64,000 bases of DNA from Laetmonice hystrix (Eukaryota). Below, piece after piece: positions 1-13,100 of this stretch; the first letter of the stretch is position 1, and each line of letters starts with the position of its first letter. Where the stretch lies: contig OZ249446.1 in NCBI GenBank assembly GCA_965235115.1, positions 21,266,001-21,330,000 of the forward strand, written 5' to 3'. The position numbers and the translations under genes are program-made. The notes beneath the pieces were generated by a model. That model searched no databases. It was not told the DNA's origin and worked only from the letters and a program-made list of their open reading frames with translations.

Positions 1-1060
1 GTCTGGTGGTCAACCTGAACCCTGTGTGGACAACCTGGGGTGGTAGACATGGTTGTCTGGTGGTCAACCTGAACCCTGTGTGGACAACTCGGGGTGGTAG
101 ACACGGTTGTCTGGTGGTCAACCTGAACCCTGTGTGGACAACCCAGGGTGGTAGACATGGTTGTCTGGTGGTCAACCTGAACCTTGTGTGGACAACCCTG
201 GGTGGTAGGCATGGTTGTCTGGTGGTCAACCTGAACCCTGTGTGGACAACCCGGGGTGGTAGACATGGTTGTCTCGTGGTCAACCTGAACCCTGTGTGGA
301 CAACTCGGGGTGGTAGACACGGTTGTCTGGTGGTCAACTTGAACCCTGTGTGGACAACCTGGGGTGGTAGACACGGTTGTCTGGTGGTCAACCTGAACCC
401 TGTGTGGACAACCCGGGGTGGTAGACATGGTTGTCTGGTGGTCAACCTGAACACTGTGTGGACAACCCAGGGGCCCGTCTCACTAAAGGCTGCGTTAATA
501 ACCAGATCGTTAAGTTAACATAGGAGTGAATGGAAGGCTGCTGGTTACTGTAACCAGCAGCCTTCCATTCACTCCTATGTTAACTTAACGATCTGGTTAT
601 TATAACCAGCCTTTAGTGAGACGGGCCCCTGGGTGGTAGACATGGTTGTCTGGTGGTCAACCTGAACCCTGTGTGGACAACCCGGGTCGGTAGACATGGT
701 TGTCTCGTGGTCAACCTGAACCCTGTGTGGACAACCTGGGGTGGTAGACATGGTTGTCTCGTGGTCAACCTGAACCCTGTGTGGACAACCCGGGGTGGTA
801 GACATGGTTGTCTGGTGGTCAACCTGAACACTGTGTGGACAACCCAGGGTGGTAGACATGGTTGTCTGGTGGTCAACCTGAACCCTGTGTGGACAACCCG
901 GGGTGGTAGACATGGTTGTCTGGTGGTCAACCTGAACCCTGTGTGGACAACCCAGGGTGGTAGACATGGTTGTCTGGTGGTCAACCTGAACCCTGTGTGG
1001 ACAACCCGGGGTGGTAGACATGGTTGTCTGGTGGTCAACCTGAACCTTGCGTGGACAACC
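1..1060. repeat. 54-bp minisatellite in an ANKAR intron, interrupted by a MITE
   Basis: Unit ggtggtagacatggttgtctggtggtcaacctgaaccctgtgtggacaacccgg, tandem from the window start. Confidence 0.97.
471..628. mobile_element. Palindromic PIF/Harbinger-like MITE (158 bp)
   Basis: Near-perfect hairpin GGGCCCGTCTCACTAAAGG...CCTTTAGTGAGACGGGCCC with a 1-nt spacer at the centre, flanked by CAG (left) and CTG (right). Confidence 0.9.
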
Positions 1061-1103
1061 CAGGATGGAGTCGTCGACATAATTTTTCCCTTTTTTCACT
1101 CAG

Positions 1104-4100
1104 GTATCACGGTTTCTCCCTTGACTTTGAGACATACTACCCCCAGTCGCCACAGAAACCAAACTGGGTGCACTTCATGGTGGAGGAAACTGCAAGGCTT
1201 CGAGTTAAACGACAACAAATCAATGAAATACAAATCCACGAGATGTTCAAGAAACTCTTTGGCTACCAAAAAGCTATCAAATACAAGGTAAGTCAAATGC
1301 ATTTTACACTAAAACAATTAGTGCCTGTTTGTGGAAAACTAGTAAAAAAGCAGCGAAGCTCCATTAAAGAATGTTCATAAAATCATTTTCTCTGCTTCCA
1401 ATAAAAATGACAGTAAAATATTTTCAGAAAATATGTAGCATATATCTAGATATATAGCAGGAATTATACCACCAAATGTTTCATTGCAGAATGTGGCCAA
1501 TGGTCAGAAGGCTGCTGTGCGTCGTGGGCTGGTCGCACTTTTCGTAGCACTGTGCCGCAAACATAATGGCCCACGGCTAGGCAAACATGATGAACTGGGA
1601 CTGACATTGATGCACTGGGCAGCCATCATGAATCGGCCACACGTCATCGCATTCCTCATGCTACAGTCATGTGACATCAACGTCCGACGTAACATTTCTG
1701 TCCTTTCTCAAGGTATGATCCACACATTCCTTTACGGGAGAATACTGTCAAAGTAATTATTTAATTTCTCTTTACAGTAAGTTGTTTACATTTTATTGTA
1801 AAGCCTCCGTAGTACAGCGTGCAATTGATGAGGGTATATTGTAAAGGCATGTATAATAATTCACGTTTCTACGCATTCGTGATGATTTGTCTAGACATTT
1901 TAGCCTGGGAAATTTGATCAAATTTCTCGTAACCATGGTATCTTTACCCAGTTTCTGAATCAAATGAATACACAGTTACACGTAAATTATAGTATACTGC
2001 ATGGGTAAAATATTTATTAAAATAAAATGAATACAATTCAGATGGTAATCATGGTAAATAATTGTTAAAAATCGTTTTCTGCCTGAACTATTTGTTCAGA
2101 CGGAACCAGACGCCTTGAACCAGACAGCAAAGGTATCAAGAAATGAACTTGATGTTAGAAAATAGCTGTAAAGTAGAGAGAGAACAATTGTTACTGAAGA
2201 ACTAATGTTCCTCCGTTGTTCCAGCATGGTGTGCAGTGACCATCATCTGACCGTTGACCCTTACAATAAGGTGTGGACGTGCGGCTAGTTTAGATATTTT
2301 TGCATCTGGTCCTGAAGCGCACCACCTTGAAGCCTTTATCGTTTATTTGTTTCTTGTTGCATGGATTTTTAAAGTTTACAGTTGTTCAGTAGCTACTGTA
2401 TTTATTACCTTGTTCTATCGTTGAGGTACAATTTCTTGGTTTTGTTTTTGTCTGGGGAATAATTTCCCTTCAAACGGTCCTTTGCAGTTTGTTTATTTTC
2501 ATCTTTTAATAACATATTAAAAGGGAAAATTTGGAGGGGAATTTGACAAAGTTTTACATATTTAGGGCAAAATGAAATTACGCTATTACCAGGTATGCAA
2601 TTACAAAATCATCGAGCCTTTTTAAAGTGAAATAATTTTTTTTGGACCAAAATATACAAACAATATGTATTTTTTAAATAGTTTATTAACATTCTTATGT
2701 TTTCTTGGAAGTTCTTTTTAGATATTCCACAAAGTCAGGTGATCAGCATCCTCAAACAACCATTTTGTTTTGGAAAAGAACAGTTGCTTTTCTTTAATAT
2801 ATGATTATGGTTTTCGTGCATGTAGGTTACGTTCCAAGTTATCTCCGGACAGGTGAGGGAAAGTGTGGGCCATTGTTTTTGTGGGTTATGTGACGTCACG
2901 TCACCATACCACATGACTGCTGTGCTTGTGACTAAAATTTCCTATTAGGTCAAATCATGAACATTTGTGGCCTCTTAAAATATTGCAGTGAATAAGCTAA
3001 CACCTTACGTAAATATTGAAGCATGCAGGGCTTGTCCTTTAAAAAAAGCAGGTGCACAAAATTTTGTGCACCTTGTTAGAAGTAGGCGCGCATTTTTTTT
3101 TGTGCACCTAGAATGTGGTAGGCACACAATTTATTCTTGGGTCAGATGAGGTGTAATAGTGTGTATCCTCGCAACCGTCACACATCCCATCCATCTTGAC
3201 TTCTGTTAATGATCAACCATAGGCACATGGTTACTGCCAGGGTACAAGCACATTAGTATTATATACATTACAAGTAGTCCGAGGCGCACAAATTTTCAAG
3301 TTTTATTTTTGCAAGGTGCGCGTTTTTTTGTGCTCCTCTGTCCCATTTTAGGTGCGCCATGGCGCGCGCAATTGCGCGCCTTAAAGGACAAGCCCTGAGC
3401 ATGCAAAAAGACATTAATAGATTCAGGGTTTCAGTCATAAAAACAGGTTTGAAAATTCTTGCATCAAATCATGCCAGGGAACGTAAGTACACTGTGTGGT
3501 GAAGGAAACTATCAAAGTAATGCCTCTGGTGAACATCTACAACCAACATTTGATGTTGTAACATTTATATATAAAAGAATTAAATAAAAGAAAAACAGCT
3601 AAATTGTGTTGCAACATTCTTGTTTGAAAAAACAGCGTGAAAACCATTCGAGTTTTCTTAAATCTTGTCCTCTTTTTAAGTTGAAAATGCATGGATTTTG
3701 TTGTGGTTTTATATTCAGCATGACTAACATGAAGGATTTAGTGATTTAAGAAAATTTATGGTTGCCTTTTCATTAAAACTTATGGTTAAAACTGCTGTTT
3801 TATCATTAAAACTTAGGTTGAAATTTAGCAAACTGTTGTTTAAGTCAATACTGGATTGCTAAAGTGTGCATTATCTTTGCTGCTAACAGTTTTCAAGTTG
3901 CCAGTTTTTAAATCGCAGTGATTTATCTGTTGTAATAGGTGTCAGAGAGCCTTAGAGGGATGATCATGGGGGGAAAGATACATACTATGTATTTAAATTA
4001 TATAGGAAGATTAAAACATATTCCTTAAGTTAACATAACTCCATGAACACAAAGCTGCGACAGTCAGCTAATATGTACATTGAGCAGAAATTATTTTTAT

Positions 4101-7100
4101 GTTAGCACTTCGAGCCGCTGGGTATATTTCAGTTTAGTCAGCCTTGGATAATACTTCATAAGAAATAACTTATCGGTAATTCGTTTTTTGTTTGTGTGTG
4201 TGTGTTGTTTTTTTTTTTTGGTAATCGGAGGGTTGAGATGATACAATTACACCAATTCTCTTTTCATTTCTTGAATTCTTTATTTCTACACAGGACCTAC
4301 TCCCCTCCATTTAGCAGCACGTTGTGGATCCATCGATGCTGTTTGTTGTCTCCTAGCAACCAAAGCCAATATCCTAGCAACAGACAGAGACGGTTGGGCT
4401 CCCATACACAACGCGGCTTACTTCAACCATGAACACATCGTTAAAACCATGATCCACCGGAATCCAGCACTCTTAGAGCTCCAAGCTAAAAATGAGTAAG
4501 AAATGGCTGATCTTATGTGAATTAGAATAATAAGTGAGAAAAACTACAATTTAGAAAAAAAGGTACATTTCTTTTTTTTTATGTCTTTTAGAAGACACCG
4601 GTTGGACATTAGTTGAAATAGATTGGTTGTTGCTGAGCACATAAGGCAAAAAAATTAACGATAAAGAAATTGAGAAAAAGATGAACAAATTGAAACTGTG
4701 GGCATATATGGAGAGTCGCCAATTTTCCATTCTTTGTTTGCTGCATTAGTTTGAAGTCAACGCCGCTGCTGCTTGCCGCGAGTTCCGGAGCGCTTGCAGC
4801 CCTGAAGGCCCTGATCAGCCTTGGTGGTTACATCCTTCGTAAAGACGAGGATGGCTGCAATGTCATCCACCTAGCAGCGTTAAGGTTTCACACCAACATC
4901 CTTGAATTCTTCATCCGATGGAACCATCCCGATATTTCAGTGTGGCAAATTCTTGTAGGTAAGTGGCTAGTCTAATGTATCGGTGTCGGCGACCATGTAA
5001 ATTTCTGTAAATTTTCAAGAGAAAAATGAATTTTTCAGGTGGTATGTTTTTTTTTAAGGTATGTTGCGAAATGATGACATCCGGAGGAAGGACAGTGCAG
5101 TAAAATGCCTGGAGGTTATGTCGATATCAGAACCTGGCCACTGGAAGGCAATCCTAGAAGCAGGTCAGTAACCATGGTAACGGGTCATTTTGTATCGTTG
5201 GTGTTCTGGGGATGGCTTTAAAGTTACAATACCAAAATAAAGGTTATGATGTGTTATAATTAAGTCTCCTGATCCATGACTATCATACTCATGCATAACA
5301 GAAACAGGCTGAAAAAAGTTGTATGTTTATAAGTTTTACTCTAATCTGTTCATGAATGAAGGATTCCTAAAATTTGGTAAGTTGGGCTAGCAAAAGTAAA
5401 AGTTTGGTGGAAATGTTTAATCAGCGTTGGTAGTGAGGAATGAGTATTTGTAAAGCATGAGTACTGCAATTGAGAGATGAGATTTTTTTTTCTCACTTCA
5501 CGGGTAGGGTTTTTTTTTGGATATATTTGATATGTCCCTTTAACTTCATGTGCACCTATCACTTAGTATTACTACATTGTCAGGGATAGACCACGTACAC
5601 GCCTTCTCTTTACATGCAGATTTTTCACCATACAATTACATTTAATCAGATAATTCTTATTTTGTAAAAACCTACTTTTGGTATACTCTCCTGCAAGACC
5701 TTTTGCACCAAGCATTTATCAATGCCTAATTTGACAACAGACTTATGAGTGACTTGTAAATTCATTTAATATTAATAGTTTATAGATTTATGCAACTCGT
5801 ATATTATACAGGGGTATTAAAATTAAATAATATGCAAACTCATTTCATACATTATAATGAGTAATTTAGATAAAATTGCTACGTTCATTGAAAATGTTGA
5901 GAATATTTGTTTTCACCAACAGGTGGCATACCAGCTCTGGTAGACCTTCTCAAGGTTGACAACGAGGACATCCAATCAGTGGCTGCTTCGGTTCTGTGTA
6001 ACATCTCCGAGCATGACCCAATCAAACAAGGCCTTACAGAAGCCAACGCTGCACCGATCCTGATCAAGCTTTTGTACAGCCCTGTGGATGACATCCAATC
6101 ACGGACAGCGATAGTACTGCGGTATTTGGCTGCTGTTGATGATAATCAAAAGATTATCGCAGAGCAAGGAGGGATTGCAGCTCTGGTCAGTGTGCTGACA
6201 GATTTTCAGCAAAAAATCTTTTTGAAGCAGCTAAAAAATAATATCCAAATGAAATTAGAATTTTTTTTTTAAACAACCCTTCTAGGAATTAAAAGTTTAA
6301 ACTTTCTCATCATCTTAATAATTTGGACCCAATTAAAATGAAACATTTGATATAAATCTACTTTCACCGAATTTAGAGGTATATATTGGACAGTACATGT
6401 ACTTAATTCTTTTAAACGCTTCTTTGACAGCATGATTTTCCTTTTTCTTATATTCAGGTGAGTTTGCTGGACTCTGAACTGGAACATGTTCTTGTGAATG
6501 CTGTCAATGCAATCACCGTGCTCTGTCAGTGTAACCATGACAACCAGACTGCTGTGGCAACACATGGTGGAATCGAACCCCTGGTGGAGTTTTTGACAGT
6601 TAATTCAGGTGCCATTTTATTTCAATCAAGTCTAATTCCATGTACCGGTAATTTTTATTTGCTTTCAGGATGTAAGCTGAAGATAATTACTCATAATTCC
6701 AGGTAATAGAAGATATCTATAATTTTCCTTTTACTACCATTAGAAATTGAACGCGGCGTGTTTCCACAGATATTCTCCAAGCAGCCGCAGCAGGAGCGAT
6801 AGCAGCGATCTCACGCGGTCACAAAAACAACCAGGATGCTGTCATGGCAGAGGACGCAGTCGAGTAAGTCAGTTAGTCAACGTCGCCAATAGCATCTTTA
6901 CTTTGTTGAACACCAGAAGGCGTTTGTGAGAGTGGTTGGTGTCATTGACCGCTAGGGGGCAGGTTGAAACCGGATAACATGCCTCTCTGACCCTCCCCAA
7001 TACTCATGACATAATCATGGAAAGTTTGATTTTAATTGCAGTTTTAATACCGTAGCCAAATTGTCTCATGTTGTAGTTTTTTTAAGTGTAAGACCTGTAT

Positions 7101-10100
7101 GACTATCATACGAAGGCATAAAAGAAACAGGCTAAACAAAAGTTTGGTAGTTTCAGGTGTAATTTTCAAGAGTTTTAAAAACCACTCCCCTTACTGTAGG
7201 TTGGGATAGATTTGGCATTCACTTTTCCAATAATCATAATTTGTTTCTGTTATTTTTCTCCTATATCTGAGGATGAAGCATAAGAAACCAAGTTCTTCAT
7301 GGAAAATTACCACAGCTAGCACTAGTGATAATTGCCAATCCTTGAGATTTTGTTGTTTGAGACCAATCATTGAGATTATGTTTGAAGCCAATCATTGAGG
7401 GTTTGTTGTTTGAAGCCAATCCTTGATATTTTGTTGTTTGAGATCAATCCTTGATATTTTGTTGTTTGAGATCAATCCTTGATATTTTGTTGTTTGAGAC
7501 CCATCATTGAGATTTTGTTGTTTGAGACCCATCATTGAAATTTTGTTGTTTGAGACCAATCATTGAGATTTTGTTGTTTGAGACCAATCATTAAGATTTT
7601 GTTGTTTGAGACTAATCATTAAGATTTTGTTGTTTGAGACCAATCATTGAGATTTTGTTGTTTGAGACCCATTATTGAGATTTTGTTGTTTGAGACCAAT
7701 CATTGATATTTTGTTGTTTGAGACCCATCATTGAGATTTTGTTGTTTGAGACCAATCATTGATATTTTGTTGTTTGAGACCCATCATTGAGAGTTGGATG
7801 TTTGAGACCAATCATTGATATTTTGTTGTTTGAGACCCATCATTGAGATTTTGTTGTTTGAGACCAATCATTGAGATTTTGTTGTTTGAGACCAATCATT
7901 GAGATTTTGTTGTTTGAGACCCATCATTGAGAGTTTGTTGTTTGAGACAAATCATTGATATTTTGTTGTTTGAGACCAATCATTGAGATTTTGTTGTTTG
8001 AGACCAATCATTGAGATTTTTTTGTTTGAAAGCAATCCTTGATATCTTGTTGTTTCAGACCAGTGGTGAATTTAATCAAAGGGCGTGTGGTGAGCGTACA
8101 GGTTCAAGCTGCTGGTTCCCTCCAAGCTCTCTCAGAAAACAACCCCGACAGTCAGACAGCTTTCCTTGATCTTGATGCTCCCAAAGCCTTGATGCGTCTC
8201 TTTGTGAAGGTACAGATTTATTATTCTCAGCTCCTTTCACAATGTACAGTACAGCTCCTTGATCAAACGATGAACAGTCTAGTGTATATATCGTTGATTA
8301 ATGGATATAAGTTTAATCGGATACAATCAGTGAGTCTTGTAAAATCAAAATTGGATCGAACTTAGATTTTTAACTTCCATAGCTTCAAAAATCTGAAATT
8401 CTAATCAGCTTTCTATTTATTTTGAAATGATTTTTCAGAATTTATTTCGCTGATTATTATTTTTTTTTTATAAAGAGAGAGAATATCTTGTTCTGTCATG
8501 CGTATATATATTGACAGGTGTTTAACGTGTTAGAATGTAATTGGACGTTGTGTTAGTAAATGATTAGCTCCCATCTGTCAGGTCACTGACGATTTCCCCT
8601 GGTCCTCGCGAGGCCCAGAGATGGAACATGCCAGAGTATGTTGTCTGTTGTAGATATAGATAAAGACAAAAATTTATCCATATCTCACAATGCAGGGCTG
8701 AAAGTTGTCAGTGGGCCCTCTAATCATGAACTGATTTATACAGAATGTGAGGATAGTTTTATTGTTGACTATACTGAAGAGGGTTGGGTTTAATTGGGGC
8801 TACAGATATTTTTATTTTAGGAAAAATTCAAACATTCAGCCCTATTTATAACTTTTGCTCTGTCACAGAAGCTTACATGTAGGTCGCCGATTTTCCCCTC
8901 ACTGTGGTGTGTTGTTCACATATACATTGTATATTGTATTTCATTAGATTTATGTGCCTAGCAGTGCTGCATCACAGAGCATTATTTTCATAGCTATGAA
9001 AGAAAAAGGGGCAAGGTGAAAATTGTGGCAGAGTGCATAAAATGAAATTCCTCTACAACTTACCGTACATTACAGTAGGTTTAGTCAACTTAACCTCAAG
9101 AAAATCATGGTATATATTATGATTTTAAAATTTTGCTTTATTCCACGTCATTTCACAGACTGTAAGTATATTTTATTGTTAAGTTTTAATATTAAGATAA
9201 TCTTTTTTGATTTAAGGATATGGTTGACGGTGCTTTGTTTTTGTTTGAAACGCCCCCTTTTAGGAGGGACGTTTTTTTAATTAATAGACATTTGTTTTAC
9301 AAAGTTTTGTATTTTCTGGATTTGTAATGGTGGATTATTATACAGGTATATATGTGATGTTTTAACTCAAAGCCCTTGAAAATATTGTTTATTTTATATC
9401 TTATTTCATCCAGTGTTGAGAAGAAATTTTGAGGGCTGCATCTCACTATAGGCCTGGCTAGTAGTACTTTAAATTAAAATTTTGTGTATACTTCTTATCA
9501 AGACTGTTTGATTTTCTGAAGCCTAGGCTCTCCATTTTGTTATATTGGGGGTGCTAGATTTCAAACTGCTGATGCATTTGTTTGAAAAACAACCTTAGAA
9601 CTACGCAAAAATCTCAAAACCTTTTAGGAACTCAGTCTGGCTATCATTATTCAAGGGACCGGATTATATTTCATCATTAAGTTCTGTTCTCAGGGATAAG
9701 TTGTCTGTTATTGTTTTTGACTACGGTTAATGGATAGATCATTTATTTTAATCCCTCTTAAATAGAGTAAGTATCGGTACAACCTATAGGTGTCGTAAGG
9801 CTATAAAAAGTATTATGTTTAGTGTATCGGGGTGCGTGATCTTCAAACTATGGCATCTCCCCTCATGAACTTTTTATTGGGGTTTTGGTGTTTCTTATTT
9901 TTCTTAATTTTTTTCCTATTTCTTTTCACATATGCCTCAGTAATGTCACTTTTGCGATGGAAATGTTTCCAAATTACATGTAATAGAATAGTATTTGTAA
10001 ATTTACAAATATTGATTAATAAATATATTGATATGAACAGTTAAGAAAATCGCACCCCTGCAGCCACAAGGCTTTGACACTAAACATACTACTCTTTTTG

Positions 10101-13100
10101 TAAGGCCTAATACTGCTTGTGACACTTAGAATTATCACTACTAATGTAATGAATGGCATGGCAACTCAACACGTAGAATTTAACATGATGGTTTAAAAGT
10201 GAATATATAAAGACACACTGGTATTTTCATTTTATATACCAATTTCTGGTGCCGTTTAAGCCCGCCGCACATTGTCACGATTTTGTCCGATCCGAGCCGA
10301 CTCAACTGGAGCCGACTCACGACTGCCCTCTCACACCTTCCCGACCAACCCTTGCACACTGTCACGACTTGTGCCGTAAAATAGGCGACGATTCACGCCA
10401 CTAGGTCATGCGAACCTAGCGGGTATTTCGGGAATCAGTGCCATGACGCGTCACATGTGGTGTGCTGTGATTGGTTGCGACTGCCGACTGCAGTTGGCTC
10501 GAGTCATTAGCCATCGCACACTGTCACGACTTCAGCCAACTGCAGCCGACGAGTACAGCTCCCGATTAACATTTTGAATCGGCAGTGATTTGCTCCAACT
10601 GCAGTCGGGAGCTGTCGGGAGCAGTCGGGAACCATGGTTACCGACTCGAGTTGGGCAAAATCGGGAAAGTGTACGGCAGGCTTAAGTCGACGAGCATATA
10701 AAGACATTTTTTCGTGATAATGGTCACCCAGGGACCCTGGTTTGAAGATATTTTGTTGAGATAATGGTCACCCAGGGACCATGGTTTGAAGATATTTTGT
10801 TGAGATAATGGTCACCCAGGGATCATGGTTTGAAGATATTTTGTTGTGATAATGGTCACCCAGGGATCATGGTTTGAAGATATTTTGTTGTGATAATGGT
10901 CACCCAGGGACCATGGTTTGAAGATATTTTGTTGTGATAATGGTCACCCAGGGACCATTGTTTGAAGATATTTTGTTGTGATAATGGTCACCCAGGGATC
11001 ATGGTTTGAAGATATTTTGTTGTGATAATGGTCACCCAGGGATCATGGTCAACCAGGGATCATGAGACGCGTTTTTTTTGGTGGTTTAATTCGCTTGAAT
11101 TTCAAAGGTGCTTTTTATTAGTGAAGGGATTCGGATAAGAAAATGACAATGGTGAGTGCAAAAAAAGAATTTCGATGTCCTTGATTTTTAGACAGTAAGA
11201 GAGCTTACGTTAGTTTGCTCTCTCAAATCTATTTCCATCACCTAGAATTACTATAATTCCTGTGTCACATATATGGTAATAGATACAGTGCTTTACCCAA
11301 ATCAGTTTCATCTATATCAAATAGTATTATTAAATTTTAATAGAACCTCAGTGCTAAAAGTGAACTACTGTACCTCATTTGCAGAATCCATATCACTAAA
11401 TCTCAACTGTATCTCTGAATTGATTTTTTATCCTAATGACTATGTGTTTTTACGTTGTTCCAGTTGTTTGACATTGACGTGAAGGAGCAGGGTGCATGCG
11501 CACTGTGGTCGTTGGCAGGACACACGACAAGACAACAGAAATACATGGGAGAACGTATCGGCATTCAGTACCTGATTGAAATGTTACTCTCCAGCTCGGA
11601 GAAACTTCAGACAGTTGGTCAGTATCTAGCTCTCGTTTGATTACCCTAATGTAGGTGACAGGTAGATTTGTGTTTAATACAGGATGGTTGGGTAACTAAG
11701 ACACTATGGGCAGATCTGTGTTTGCAGGTTTTGGGGGGTTGGCAAGACTTATGTTTGTAGGTTGTTTGGGTATGGCAGGACTGAGATGTTCTATGTTTGC
11801 AGGTAGTTTGGGTATGGCGGGACTGAAAAGTTCTATGTTTGCAGGTTGTTAGGGTATGACTGGACTGGGATGGTCTATGTTTGCAGGGTATTTGGGTATG
11901 ACTGGACTGGGATGGTCTATATGTTTGCAGGCTGTTTAGGTATGATGGCACTGGGATGGTCTATGTTTGCAGGTTGTTTAGGTATGATGGCACTGGGATG
12001 ATCTATGTTTGCAGGGTGTTTGGGTATGACTGGACTGGGATGATCTATGTTTGCAGGTTGTTTGGGTATGACTGGACTGGGATGATCTATGTTTGCAGGT
12101 TGTTTAGGTATGATGGCACTGGGATGGTCCATGTTTGCAGGTCGTTAGGGTATGACTGGACTGGGATGATCTATGTTTGCAGGTTGTTTAGGTATGATGG
12201 CACTGGGATGGTCTATGTTTGCAGGTTGTTTGGGTATGACTGGACTGGGATGATCTGTTTGCAGGGTGTTTGGGTATGACTGGACTGGGATGGTCTATGT
12301 TTGCAGGTTGTTTAGGTATGATGGCACTGGGATGGTCTATGTTTGCAGGTTGTTTGGGTATGACTGGACTGGGATGATCTGTTTGCAGGTTGTTTGGGTA
12401 TGACTGGACTGGGATGATCTGCTTGCAGGTTGTTTGGGTATGACTGGACTGGGATGATCTGTTTGCAGGTTGTTTGGGTATGACTGGACTGGGATGATCT
12501 ATGTTTGCAGGTTGTTTGGGTATGACTGGACTGGGATGATCTATGTTTGCAGGGTGTTTAGGTATGACTGGACTGGGATGGTCTATGTTTGCAGGTTGTT
12601 TAGGTATGATGGCACTAGGATGGTCTATGTTTGCAGGTTGTTTAGGTATGATGGCACTGGGCAGTCAGGACACTGAAAACCAGAACAAGATTGCAGAACA
12701 AGGTGGACTCCCACCCCTTGTCCGACTCCTCCGGTCACGGAAAACTTCGCCAAGAGTGATCCTTCTTATCATAAAAACCCTTGGAACAATCTGTCTCGGT
12801 CAGTTCTCATTTCAATATCAGTCAAAGGGAAGCTTATAAAAGTATCACAAAATGTTAAAATATTAAGAGTATAATTAATCTTACATTTATTTAGAACATA
12901 TTATTACTGTTCTTAGTATTTGTAATCGAGAGTTTGTTGAGTACGTGACTCCATTTTTGACTTATTAAAAAAAAACTAAATCACCCGTAATTTCCATATT
13001 TATGAAGAATTTTTAACAGAAGCTTAGTTCAGCTAAAAAAATTAAAAGTAGTCTGAAGAACTTGTGGAATCTTGTGAAGTTGTGGGAAAGTACAACTAGG

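Noticed and set aside
6-1291. Long ORFs on both strands (170-212 aa) with 18-aa repeats
   Set aside because: They are translations of the 54-bp intronic minisatellite; only 1104-1287 is a real ANKAR exon.
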